This document shows positions 49,697-59,217 of a DNA stretch of 64,000 bases, piece after piece (the first letter of the stretch is position 1; every line of letters begins with the position of its first letter). This stretch comes from Promethearchaeati archaeon SRVP18_Atabeyarchaeia-1 (GTDB lineage: Archaea > Asgardarchaeota > Atabeyarchaeia > Atabeyarchaeales > Atabeyarchaeaceae). The notes under the pieces are model-generated. The model was not told the origin of the DNA. It was given only the letters and a program-made list of their open reading frames with translations, and did no database searches. Made by a program: the position numbers and the translations under genes. The stretch lies in contig CP147779.1 of the NCBI GenBank assembly GCA_037308085.1, positions 1,696,001-1,760,000 on the forward strand, written 5' to 3'.

Positions 49697-50863
49697 ATGA
49701 TAGGTTTTCAGTTGACGGATGAACAGATCGCGCTGCGCGAGAAGGCTAGAAGATTCGCGCTTGAAGAAATGCTCCCGGTCGCCAAGAAATATGATCGGAG
49801 TGGAGAGTTCCCACGGGAAGTGATCGAGAAAGCATTCAAAGCTGGATTGATGAATCTAGCCGTTCCGAAGAAGTACGGCGGACCAGGATACGGCACGATG
49901 GAAGCAGTAATTGTCGTAGAGGAAATGGCTGCAGCCTGTGCTGGCATGACTACAACAATATACGTAAACGATCTTGGACTGACGCCAATAGTACTGGGCG
50001 CGAACGAGGCTCAGAAGCGAAAATTCCTGATTCCATTTACGGAAAGGCTCAAATTTGCCTCGTTCGCTACGAGCGAGCCGGGCATGGGATCGGATGTCGC
50101 CGGCATCCAAGCTACTTGTGACCGAGACGGGGAAAACTACGTCTTGAATGGAAGCAAGTTCTTCATCACGAACGGTGACTACGCGGATCAGTACGTTATC
50201 TTCGCTCGGAAACGGGGCACCAAGCGCCACGAGGGAATTTCTGCATTTGTAGTTCCTCGGCAAACGGAGGGGCTGTCAACCGCGAAGCCGCTCGAGAAGC
50301 TTGGGCATCGCGCCTCTGATACGGCCGCTGTCACCCTGAAGAATGTGCGTGTCCCAGCTGAGAATCTCGTTGGTGGAGAAGGGGGCGGGTTTCTGCTGGC
50401 GATGATGACCTTCATGCATACAAGACCAGCGATCGGGGCGATGGCAACTGGGCTCGCGCGATCGGCAATGGAGTACGCAATCAACTATGCTAAGCAAAGA
50501 GATGCCTTCGAACACAAGATCTCAAGTTTCCAGGCAATCCAAGATATGGTCGCAGATATGTACGCTCGCATCGAAGCCATGAGACTACTGACATGGAAAG
50601 CCGCATGGGGTCTAGATCAAGGCCAAAATGATAACATAGCCTCAAGTTGCGCAAAGCTCTTGGGGGCTGAAGACGCGATGCGGATCGCGACAGACGCACT
50701 GCAGATCTACGGCGGCAGAGGCTACCTCGAGAGCTATGCGATCGCCAAGTTGTTCAGAGACGCGAAACTGTACCAGATCTATGAAGGTACATCACAGGTT
50801 CAGCGATATGTTATCTCTCGTTATCTCTTTAAAGACTATAAGCCAGTTATGACCGGATTCTGA
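49697..50863 (+). CDS. Acyl-CoA dehydrogenase
   Basis: SEPGMGSD, LNGSKFFITNG, KLGHRAS, QIYGGRGY, IYEGTSQVQR; GGAGG before ATG 49697. Confidence 0.95.
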   Translation: MIGFQLTDEQIALREKARRFALEEMLPVAKKYDRSGEFPREVIEKAFKAGLMNLAVPKKYGGPGYGTMEAVIVVEEMAAACAGMTTTIYVNDLGLTPIVLGANEAQKRKFLIPFTERLKFASFATSEPGMGSDVAGIQATCDRDGENYVLNGSKFFITNGDYADQYVIFARKRGTKRHEGISAFVVPRQTEGLSTAKPLEKLGHRASDTAAVTLKNVRVPAENLVGGEGGGFLLAMMTFMHTRPAIGAMATGLARSAMEYAINYAKQRDAFEHKISSFQAIQDMVADMYARIEAMRLLTWKAAWGLDQGQNDNIASSCAKLLGAEDAMRIATDALQIYGGRGYLESYAIAKLFRDAKLYQIYEGTSQVQRYVISRYLFKDYKPVMTGF

Positions 50864-51007
50864 GGAATTGCGTGGAATAGGTAATCACTGGGAAAGAGTT
50901 CACAACACCCGAAACCCGTTCTATTCTCCTTTGCATTGCCGATTGGCAATCCTCGTCTTATCCACGTCAATGGAATGGCAGTAAAAAAGGAAGGCAGAGC
51001 ACCGCTC

Positions 51008-51331
51008 TCATTGCACAGAACTGCCACAGCTGGGGCAGAAGCGCGCACCTTCAGGTAGAGGATTGCTACAGTAAGCGCAGAAGTTTGGTGTTTGCTCAAT
51101 CGTTTCGGCTTCATATTCGCCGATAACCAGTTCACCTGTATCTTTGTCAAAGCCAATCTTGATTGCGATCTTAGCGGTCAGCTTTACAATGATGGACCTC
51201 AACTCTTCCTCATCTACGGAGAGTTCTTCCGCAAGCTCGCTGAGCTGAACCCTTTGCCCCTCATGTTCGAATATTGCCACAAGGATATCACTCTCAATGT
51301 TCCTTCCATCAGAACTGGTATTAGCAGACAT
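51008..51331 (-). CDS. PCI-like winged-helix plus zinc ribbon protein
   Basis: VQLSELAEELSVDEEELRSIIVKL...IGFDKDTGELV; CAYC...CPSC. Confidence 0.65.
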   Translation of the reverse strand: MSANTSSDGRNIESDILVAIFEHEGQRVQLSELAEELSVDEEELRSIIVKLTAKIAIKIGFDKDTGELVIGEYEAETIEQTPNFCAYCSNPLPEGARFCPSCGSSVQ

Positions 51332-51683
51332 GGATCAAACTACTCCTTCCTCAGGGTTGGTAACTAAGATAGACACACTTGCACTCTTAGATAAATATGC
51401 TTGTCTCTACGAAACGCAGCTCCTTTAGAGGGACATAATATTATCCGTCATTTCGCAACGTGATTCATTTGTGGTCGGGTCGCTTTGCCAGAAGCTAGTT
51501 CCTAGATCCCTTCCTTTTCCCTGAAAGGTTAATTAGAACAGTCCGCGGTAACGTATGAACCAACCCCCTTGGGGGCGAGATCACTAGAACCTCATGAGCT
51601 CTTAATCTTGAGCAATGCATGTTAGCTGGAGGCAGGATCGGTTCACAACCAGTAACATCAGGGCTTTAGGAAAGGTAGGAAAG

Positions 51684-52637
51684 ATGTACACACCGATGAA
51701 AGAGGTCAGTCACAAGGACTACTTGGAATTCATCAAGGAGCGCGGAACAGGTGTTATCATAGGCGACCAGCAAGTGGAGCTCAGACAGGAATGGAGAATA
51801 GAAAGCTATGCGCCTCCAGATGACTACAAGCCTGAGAAAGAAACTGTCTGGAGTTTCCCCAATAGGGGGAACTGGGCAACCCATGTGGGTGACTACAGGG
51901 GAAACTGGTCGCCATATATCCCTAGGAACCTGATCATGAGATATACCAAGCCAGGCGATCACGTGCTGGATCAAATGGCGGGTAGCGGAACAACACTCGT
52001 CGAGTGCAAACTGCTCTGGAGAAACGGCGTTGGGGTAGACATAAACCCAAACGCGGTCATGGTCGCGAGAGATCGCTTGAACTTTGAGTATGCGTCCTCA
52101 TCAGAACAGGGAAAGAGCTGCGTTATAAGAACCTACGTTGGAGACGCGAGGTATCTAAATGAAATAGCGTCGGAAAGCGTGGATCTGGTGGCGACCCATC
52201 CGCCCTACGCACGAATGATAATGTACACGAGGAAAAGTGCCGGAGCCTTAGATGGCGATCTGTCCTGGCTGCCACTGCAAACGTACCTACGAGAGATGAG
52301 CAGAGTCGCCGAGGAATCGCTGCGCGTGCTGAAGCCCAGCAAGCACTGCGCCATATTGATCGGTGACACAAGAAAGCAGTTACACTATGTCCCAATTGCC
52401 TTTAGAGTTATGCAAGCATTTCTCGACGCTGGCTTTATTCTTAGAGAAGACATAATCAAGCGTCAGTGGAAAATGAAAGGGACAAGAGAGCGATGGAGAG
52501 GCAAGGGGTACGACTTCTACCTTATAACTCATGAGCACGTTTTTGTTTTCAGGAAACCGGCAAGTGAGGAGGAGCTCTCTAGGTTTAGGCACAGCAGCCG
52601 CAACATGTTTCGGATGGAGACACGGGAAGACAAATGA
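51684..52637 (+). CDS. DNA (or tRNA) amino-methyltransferase
   Basis: GNWSPYIPR, VLDQMAGSGTT, THPPY, HEHVFVFRK. Confidence 0.88.
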   Translation: MYTPMKEVSHKDYLEFIKERGTGVIIGDQQVELRQEWRIESYAPPDDYKPEKETVWSFPNRGNWATHVGDYRGNWSPYIPRNLIMRYTKPGDHVLDQMAGSGTTLVECKLLWRNGVGVDINPNAVMVARDRLNFEYASSSEQGKSCVIRTYVGDARYLNEIASESVDLVATHPPYARMIMYTRKSAGALDGDLSWLPLQTYLREMSRVAEESLRVLKPSKHCAILIGDTRKQLHYVPIAFRVMQAFLDAGFILREDIIKRQWKMKGTRERWRGKGYDFYLITHEHVFVFRKPASEEELSRFRHSSRNMFRMETREDK

Positions 52638-52821
52638 AGCGCAGGCAAAAGCGTGCTCTCCCATGTTCACTCGCTCTTTTTTGGGGCAAAGCACGCAATC
52701 AGCTTTTTCCCATTTGTCATTTCTATAGCCACATACTCTTTGCTGGGCACTAGACATTTATAGGAATTCAATCTGATCGTGTTTGGAATTGTCCCCTTAG
52801 GGGAGAAGGAGCTGAGAACAA

Positions 52822-53160
52822 ATGGAGCAACTCTCAACGGCATTAAGGGAAACCACTCTGCAGGTGCCGAATCGGAAAATCGAGAACCTCTTGAGGGTAA
52901 CATTCTCGCCCAAGAGGGAAGAGATATGCAAGGAGTGTTCGCTTCGCCCTGCGTACTGCTTGGGAAGCATGGCTGAGTTTCATAGGTGCAGATACGCACT
53001 GAGGATAAGAGGAGATAGGGTAATCTTCCCGTCAGACGTCGGTTCTCAGGGGAAAGAGGATAAGGCCAAGGCGCTAACAAGCGGGATCGAAGACCTAATA
53101 ATAAAAACACTGCGTAGGGTCCGCGTCCTGACTGCGCCTTACGAGAGGGTGCCCTCGTGA
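52822..53160 (+). CDS. Hypothetical Cys-containing protein
   Basis: ATG preceded by AAGGAG; CKEC...C...C. Confidence 0.5.
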   Translation: MEQLSTALRETTLQVPNRKIENLLRVTFSPKREEICKECSLRPAYCLGSMAEFHRCRYALRIRGDRVIFPSDVGSQGKEDKAKALTSGIEDLIIKTLRRVRVLTAPYERVPS

Positions 53161-53324
53161 AGACGAGTTGAAATGCCCTATCTAGATGGCTCAGACTTCC
53201 TTGCCGGCATGAACTAGATGGAGCTCTGCAGGCCAAGAGGCTTGGTGCTAAATGATTTTTGACAATGTCGCGTTAGAGGCCTTCACCATCTCGAGTGGTT
53301 GAGCCTTTACCAAATCGACCCAGA

Positions 53325-53357
53325 AAGCCCACACCCTTCAAGGGGTTGGTAGCTCAC
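53325..53357 (+). repeat. Orphan IS200/IS605-type end hairpin
   Basis: AAGCCCACACCCTTCAAGGGGTTGGTAGCTCAC, similar to 13077 and to the ends of repeat copies A and B. Confidence 0.55.
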
Positions 53358-53470
53358 CCTAGATCTCTCGAACTTCGGGTCACCCCGCGAAAGAAGGCAG
53401 CCTCGGAAAGGTAATAAGAAGGGCATTACCCACTTTAATTTGGGAATATGCTCTTTGAGGGAAACGGGTC

Positions 53471-53806
53471 ATGGGGGACGTTGCACCAACAACTAGGTAT
53501 GGAGCTACCCTGACCCTCATCGGCGGTCTCTTGTTGCTGATATTTGGCAACCCTGCGTTACCTGAGGGCATGTTGTTTATACCATACATGACTTACATGA
53601 ATCTGGCTACTCCTGTAGGACAGCTATCGGTTGTCTGCGGAATCTCGATTCTCATCTTTGATTACCTTATGTTTCGCGGGCGCAAGTGGAGTGGCATGGT
53701 AATCGCAATTCTAGCGGGTCTGAGCATCGTAGTGGGTTTGGATCGTTACTACGTCGGATCGATAATGGCATTCATTGGCGGGCTAGTTGGATACTTTGGT
53801 AGATAG
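53471..53806 (+). CDS. Small membrane protein (4 TM)
   Basis: Hydrophobic; ends GSIMAFIGGLVGY. Confidence 0.7.
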   Translation: MGDVAPTTRYGATLTLIGGLLLLIFGNPALPEGMLFIPYMTYMNLATPVGQLSVVCGISILIFDYLMFRGRKWSGMVIAILAGLSIVVGLDRYYVGSIMAFIGGLVGYFGR

Positions 53807-54064
53807 CAGGCGTGAAGGCGTGCATTAACTCGCTTTTTGTTGTTTTTTTGGAGACTTCCTTTCTGATCCTATCAAGTCTGATGCCTCTAGTGAGGTTGAG
53901 GAACGCATACGTTCGCGGTCAGCATTGAAGTCTTTTGAGCTACTCTGCCGGCAGTGGGATCTCGACGAGAAGCCTGCCTCACCATGGCTTCTGCAGTAAT
54001 CATTATGTCAAAGAGCTAATATCTCCATGAAGGTATCTTCAAAGGGTACGGGATGGTGTGTTGG

Positions 54065-55144
54065 ATGGCAAAGAAAGTTGTTGCCATGGGCGGCGACGGT
54101 GTGGGACCGGAGGTAGTCAACGCGGCATGCACTATTCTTGAGAGCATGGGGCTTGATATAGAGATAACAAAAGCGCCATGTGGTGAGGCTGCGATCAAAT
54201 CCCATGGCACGCCACTGCCAGATGAAACGAAGCAACTCTGCGACACAGCAGATGCCATCCTCTTCGGAGCGGTAGGCGACAAGAGCACGCAAATCATAAC
54301 CTACCTGCGCTGGGTTCTCGACACGTACGCAAACATCAGGCCAGTCAAGTACTATGGGGGGGTCCGCTCGCCCCTCAGGGAGCCATCCGGCATAGACTTC
54401 GTCATAGTCAGAGAGAACAGCGAAGGACTCTATCCAGCCAGGGAAGGAGACCTCTCAATGCTCGCGCGGCAGCTTCCAGACTACAGGGACCTCTTAGGGA
54501 GATCCTTCATGCAGTTTGGCAAAGGCAAATTCGCGATACGAGTAATCACAGAGAAGGGGACAAGTAGAATAGCGAAATTCGCCTGCGAATACGCAAGAAG
54601 GAGGAGGAATCTAGGATTTCCCGGAAAACTGACATGCGTTACAAAGTCGAATCTGCTGGTCCAGAGTTGCGGCCTTTTCAGGAAGACAGTTGAAGACGAG
54701 GTAAGGAAGTACGATGATCTTGTGTACGAACACTACTATGTTGACGATGCCGCAAGAAGGATAATCCGATATCCCAAGGAGATGGATGTGATCGTGACAT
54801 CCAACATGTTCGGTGACATACTGTCAGATCTTGCTGCGGAAGTCGTTGGCGGTCTAGGTCTGGCTCCTAGCGCATGCGTCGGAAACAAACATGCCTACTT
54901 CGAACCTGTCCACGGTTCAGCGCCAAAATACGCTGGAAAGAACATGGTGAACCCTACTGCCACCATCCTCTCGGCGAAAATGATGCTCGAACACCTTGGA
55001 ATGCAGCGACCGGCTTTCGATTTGGAGAAGGCAGTTCAAGAAATCTACAAGAAAGGGGAAACCCTAACGTATGACCAAGGCGGAAATGCCAGCACTATGG
55101 ACTTCGCAGAGGCAGTTCTGAGGAAGCTCAATGAGCAGAAATAG
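54065..55144 (+). CDS. Isocitrate/isopropylmalate dehydrogenase family protein
   Basis: GDGVGPEV, RENSEGLY, NMFGDILSD, FEPVHGSAPKYAG. Confidence 0.93.
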   Translation: MAKKVVAMGGDGVGPEVVNAACTILESMGLDIEITKAPCGEAAIKSHGTPLPDETKQLCDTADAILFGAVGDKSTQIITYLRWVLDTYANIRPVKYYGGVRSPLREPSGIDFVIVRENSEGLYPAREGDLSMLARQLPDYRDLLGRSFMQFGKGKFAIRVITEKGTSRIAKFACEYARRRRNLGFPGKLTCVTKSNLLVQSCGLFRKTVEDEVRKYDDLVYEHYYVDDAARRIIRYPKEMDVIVTSNMFGDILSDLAAEVVGGLGLAPSACVGNKHAYFEPVHGSAPKYAGKNMVNPTATILSAKMMLEHLGMQRPAFDLEKAVQEIYKKGETLTYDQGGNASTMDFAEAVLRKLNEQK

Positions 55145-55193
55145 AATATTGCTGCAGAACTGGCTGCGACTACGGTATGCAGAGGTGGACAGC

Positions 55194-55697
55194 ATGAAAT
55201 CGGCAATTGCTATCCGAGGCTACGAGAGTGGCGACAGAGACCGGTGCCGAGCGTTGTGGAAGGAACTTACCGATAGGCATCGTGAGATCTATCATGATCC
55301 AGGTATTGGTGGAGAGCATCCCGAAGACTTTTTTGACAAGCACTTGGCACAGGTCGGGTCAGGGCAACTGTGGGTTGCCGTTAGTGGCTCAACAGTCATT
55401 GGACTCGTAGGCCTAATCTTTAAGGAAAAAGAGGCGCAGATCGAGCCGCTGATAGTGGCAAAGAGTTCCCGTGGAAGAGGCGTAGGAAAGCAACTTATCG
55501 AGAAAGCTATTTCCGAGGCAAAGAGCAAAGGCGTGTCGCTGCTGACTGTAAGCCCCGTCGCGCGGAACGTTGAGGCGGTAAGGCTCTTCTACAAGATGGG
55601 TTTCCACAACCTCGGCTTTTTAGAGATGTTCATCGACTTTTCCGGTCGGTCTTGGAAACTGGGTCCCAATGTATTAGGATGCAAATTCAATTACTAG
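55194..55697 (+). CDS. GNAT N-acetyltransferase
   Basis: RGRGVGKQL, NVEAVRLFYKMGF. Confidence 0.85.
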   Translation: MKSAIAIRGYESGDRDRCRALWKELTDRHREIYHDPGIGGEHPEDFFDKHLAQVGSGQLWVAVSGSTVIGLVGLIFKEKEAQIEPLIVAKSSRGRGVGKQLIEKAISEAKSKGVSLLTVSPVARNVEAVRLFYKMGFHNLGFLEMFIDFSGRSWKLGPNVLGCKFNY

Positions 55698-55839
55698 GAC
55701 TCCAGTATCGGAAGGCCAGCTTCCAGCATGAGATAGGCAATTCGCAACGAGGAGACCTGTTGCGGCCAGCCCGACCTGCAATCACAGACACACTAAAATA
55801 GGGAAAGAAGGGAGATCTTGAACTCGTTTTCTCACTGTC

Positions 55840-56757
55840 TTAGCTCTTCACCGCAAGGATGTCTGCGTGCGATATTTTCACCTTAAGGTTGTTCTTGTTC
55901 TCCCTTGCGAAGTCAATGACTCCCTTCAATTTTCTCTGCTGCCCCTTGTCCTTTACGGCTTCTGATTCGCTTTCGAGTGAGCTTTGGATTAGATCCTTGG
56001 AGTACTCCTCATGCTTGACCACTTTAGCTTCACTGAATCCAGCGGATCTGATCTTGCTTAGATACTCTTCGAGTTCTATTGCTCCACCAATGCAGCTCGC
56101 CCAAAGTGATAGGTCTTTCTTTACTACGTCGGGTATCCCGGAAGCCATCATGTCTGAAACCTGCATTCTTCCTCCTTTCTTGAGGACTCTGTAGGCTTCC
56201 TTGAACACCTGATCCTTCTCTGGAGATAGGTTGATGACGCAGTTGCTGATTATAACGTCCACACTCTCATCAGGAACAGGGAGGTGTTCTATCTCACCCA
56301 ACCTGAACTCAACGTTCTTCAAACCGCTCTTCCGCGCATTCTTTCTTGCTGCGTCGAGCATCTCAGGAGTCATATCCACGCCGATCGCTTTGCCACTGGG
56401 ACCGACTCTCCTGGCCGCTAGAAGGACATCGATGCCTCCTCCTGACCCCAAGTCCAAAACGACCTCACCGGACTTGAGTTCCGCTATTGCTGTCGGGTTG
56501 CCACAACCTGCAGAAACACTTACTGCCGAATCAGGCAATGAACTAAGCTCCTCGTCTGCATATCCTGCCTCTGAGGTGACAGAACCAGACTGGGGGCAAC
56601 AGCTTTCGCCAGAGAGCTTGGCCCGTTGAGCGTATGCCTTTCTCACACCAGTTCTCACATCTGCCTCATCCGGGTTCTTATCTCTCTCCTCGGGTGGGAC
56701 CGTTCCACCGCAACCGCATTGTTTTCTTTCATTAGATTTCATATTATCATCCTCCAT
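55840..56757 (-). CDS. arsM: Arsenite S-adenosylmethionine methyltransferase
   Basis: SCC, GCGNP, VLDLGSGGGID, SNCVINL, WASCIGGA. Confidence 0.9.
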   Translation of the reverse strand: MEDDNMKSNERKQCGCGGTVPPEERDKNPDEADVRTGVRKAYAQRAKLSGESCCPQSGSVTSEAGYADEELSSLPDSAVSVSAGCGNPTAIAELKSGEVVLDLGSGGGIDVLLAARRVGPSGKAIGVDMTPEMLDAARKNARKSGLKNVEFRLGEIEHLPVPDESVDVIISNCVINLSPEKDQVFKEAYRVLKKGGRMQVSDMMASGIPDVVKKDLSLWASCIGGAIELEEYLSKIRSAGFSEAKVVKHEEYSKDLIQSSLESESEAVKDKGQQRKLKGVIDFARENKNNLKVKISHADILAVKS

Positions 56758-56807
56758 ACATTTTTTTGACTTGCACTTTTGCTCTCATGTTTACTTGTCA
56801 GAGACTA

Positions 56808-57527
56808 TTAGCGGAGTCCCTGTGGTGGGGCTAACCAGCCTGGAACTGGAAGTGCCATTCCAGCCCTCCCTATTTCCTCAAGGCTCTTGACGATGTCGTC
56901 TAGCTGTCCACCTGGGATGCCTATGAGCATCTCGTCGTCTTGGTAGAGCCCATACATTCTGGCCCCTATGCAGGGTATGCCAATCTGGGGCTTCCTAGCA
57001 AGGAGTGGCGCAGCCACGCCTTCGCCGCACACTGCTGCATGACCCGTCGAGCTGAATGATATTCTCTCGCCACTGATCCACGTGATGGCGTTGAGCATAC
57101 TCATAATCTGGGCAGGTGTGCCGGTAACAATCACTACGTCCGGATCAACTTGGGCCTTTTGCAGTGGCGAAGTCATAACCGCTTCATACGTGCCCGTCTT
57201 GATCTTCGGGAGTGTTGCCACGAACTTTACAGCTCCCTCGTCTGTCCTTGAGGCGCGGAGTCTCTTGCCGCTTTTGATATCCTCGGGAAAATCCGTCATG
57301 CCTAGTACTGACGTAGCGTGTGAGCAGCCGATGCTGTCCTTGGTTCCAGCCTGAACCCCGCCATTCAGTCTGGCCAGTGCAGCAAGCTGGCAGAATGTGA
57401 AGCCAGACTTGGGTATATCGACGCCTAAGGGAATCTGTTTAACGCTCTTAAACAGACTCACTGATACAGGAGGCGTCCTCAACCTCAGGATCCTCGTCAA
57501 CTTATCACTCAAAATGCCCTTATCCAC
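56808..57527 (-). CDS. DUF169 family protein
   Basis: FCQ..., C......LG, PDVV..GTPAQ, AVC, PCIGAR..G....E. Confidence 0.85.
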   Translation of the reverse strand: MDKGILSDKLTRILRLRTPPVSVSLFKSVKQIPLGVDIPKSGFTFCQLAALARLNGGVQAGTKDSIGCSHATSVLGMTDFPEDIKSGKRLRASRTDEGAVKFVATLPKIKTGTYEAVMTSPLQKAQVDPDVVIVTGTPAQIMSMLNAITWISGERISFSSTGHAAVCGEGVAAPLLARKPQIGIPCIGARMYGLYQDDEMLIGIPGGQLDDIVKSLEEIGRAGMALPVPGWLAPPQGLR

Positions 57528-57586
57528 TTTTCATCTCTCCAAACTCATTGTTCTGGGTGTTATTCATGTGAATTCTTACGCATACC

Positions 57587-57607
57587 ATACTTTACCAAGT
57601 AAAGTAT
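57587..57607. promoter_or_regulatory. Perfect palindromic operator ATACTTTAC-CAA-GTAAAGTAT
   Basis: Between the divergent DUF169-arsM and hxlR-like genes; further TAAAG half-sites to about 57637. Confidence 0.7.
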
Positions 57608-57646
57608 TTAAGGTGTAAAGAGTAAAGTGATAAAGTAGGTGTAAAC

Positions 57647-58066
57647 ATGGAAAGTATTGAGGTAACAGCCTCCGAACTCGCGGAGATAGGGAAGGATACA
57701 CTTAGGCTCCTCGGCAGCCGAGGAACAATAGAGATAATCTCTATGTTTTGCTGTTCGGACAAGCGAGTGAGGTTCAATGAGCTCAGTTCACTTCTGGACC
57801 ACATCAGCACGAAGACTCTAGCTTCCAGACTCAAGATGCTTGAGAAATTCGGTATATTGAAGAGAACGGCTTACAATGAGATCCCCCCCAGAGTTGAGTA
57901 TTCCATGACGGATGAGGGTCAGAAGCTTGCTGAGGCGATAGCTCCTCTTCTAAGATGGATGATTGATTGGGAAGGTCAAGGAGAAAGACACACGGAGAAA
58001 CAGATCTCAAAAGACAAGATCCTGAAGATCCCAGCCTCTTGCGTCTGCTCAGACCCCAAGAAGTGA
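57647..58066 (+). CDS. HxlR-family wHTH regulator with CC and CxC motifs
   Basis: RFNEL...ISTKTLASRLK.LE..G...R..Y.EIPPRVEYSMT. Confidence 0.9.
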   Translation: MESIEVTASELAEIGKDTLRLLGSRGTIEIISMFCCSDKRVRFNELSSLLDHISTKTLASRLKMLEKFGILKRTAYNEIPPRVEYSMTDEGQKLAEAIAPLLRWMIDWEGQGERHTEKQISKDKILKIPASCVCSDPKK

Positions 58067-58114
58067 CAAATCGGTTGTAAGAAAAAAGTGGGATTGCCCG
58101 GAAGAATTCCTACC

Positions 58115-58273
58115 CTAGACCGTCTTCTTCTTGGCTCCGGGCGGAGGTGGTTTGACTTCCTTCATAGGCTGGCTACAGCAGACCAAATCACATTGACTGC
58201 AGCCACACGCTTCGTCAACCATGACTACTAATCCACACTGTCCGCACTTGAACTTCTGTCCTTTCTTTGCCAC
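58115..58273 (-). CDS. Desulforedoxin-like Cys-rich microprotein (52 aa, absent from the ORF track)
   Basis: MAKKGQKFKCGQCGLVVMVDEACGCSQCDLVCCSQPMKEVKPPPPGAKKKTV*; GGAG upstream of the GTG. Confidence 0.8.
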   Translation of the reverse strand: MAKKGQKFKCGQCGLVVMVDEACGCSQCDLVCCSQPMKEVKPPPPGAKKKTV

Positions 58274-58405
58274 AAGATGAGTCTCCTAGTATTCCATGAT
58301 ATGCAGATCTAGACTCTCGCAAACATATAAACCTATTTTGCAGATGAAGAGTAAGTCTCTCAAAATCAGATCACCCGGCGGAGGAAGACTGGCTGAGGAG
58401 CTACA

Positions 58406-59137
58406 CTATCGCCGCGAGATGCGAAAGATTCTACCCCCATTAATCCAGGAGCTATCCAAGTCTAGCGTTCTGAACATCGACCATAGAGTCGCAGTATTGC
58501 TCGATATCACTGGCTTCTTCATAGCTTGCTCCAAGTAGTTGATCATGCTAATCGTTGGCAGATTTGTGCAGCTGACAAATATCGACTGTGCCTTCTCGTC
58601 ATTCACCTTTCTAACGAGTTCGACTATGTTCTGCCTCTGAATGTTACCGATATCCAGGTTCTCCTCCAAGCCTAACCCCTTAATGTTCGAGACCTCGAAT
58701 CCATTGTCTTCGAGGAATTTCTTCTCAAGGTTGTTTACCTCCGCTGTATAAGGCGTTGCCACGCAGACTCTGCTTGTGCCCATTGCTTTCAGTGCCTTAA
58801 CCACGCAGCCAGAGGTAACCACAGAAGGCAGACCAGTCTTTTCATGGATTTGGTTCGCAATCTCGACATCGTGCCCAAGCCCGCGGAAAAGGCTGCCGCT
58901 CGTGCACCCATAGGCTATGATTTCGACCGCCGCGTCAGCCAGAAGCGCAGCTGCCTCTCCAAACCCCTTCTCCATCTTCTCGAGTTCACCGACTGTGACC
59001 CTTCTCAGCCTCAGTCTGGTTGCATGCGTCGAGAACCTGTCCTTCCCTATCCAGTTGAACTCAGCTTCCATTGTTGTGTTTGATGACGGAATGATGATTC
59101 CGAGTCTTGGGATGCCAATACTACCACGTGAGAGCAT
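58406..59137 (-). CDS. Maleate cis-trans isomerase / Asp-Glu racemase family protein
   Basis: PSSNTTME, YGCTSGS, TPY, SCTNL, PVISSN. Confidence 0.9.
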   Translation of the reverse strand: MLSRGSIGIPRLGIIIPSSNTTMEAEFNWIGKDRFSTHATRLRLRRVTVGELEKMEKGFGEAAALLADAAVEIIAYGCTSGSLFRGLGHDVEIANQIHEKTGLPSVVTSGCVVKALKAMGTSRVCVATPYTAEVNNLEKKFLEDNGFEVSNIKGLGLEENLDIGNIQRQNIVELVRKVNDEKAQSIFVSCTNLPTISMINYLEQAMKKPVISSNTATLWSMFRTLDLDSSWINGGRIFRISRR

Positions 59138-59217
59138 AAGAATTCAATCTCCTTCAATTCCGGCTTTCATGAAGCATTCCAGAAGAATTCACTGACTTCA
59201 TCAACAGCCAGGCGACC

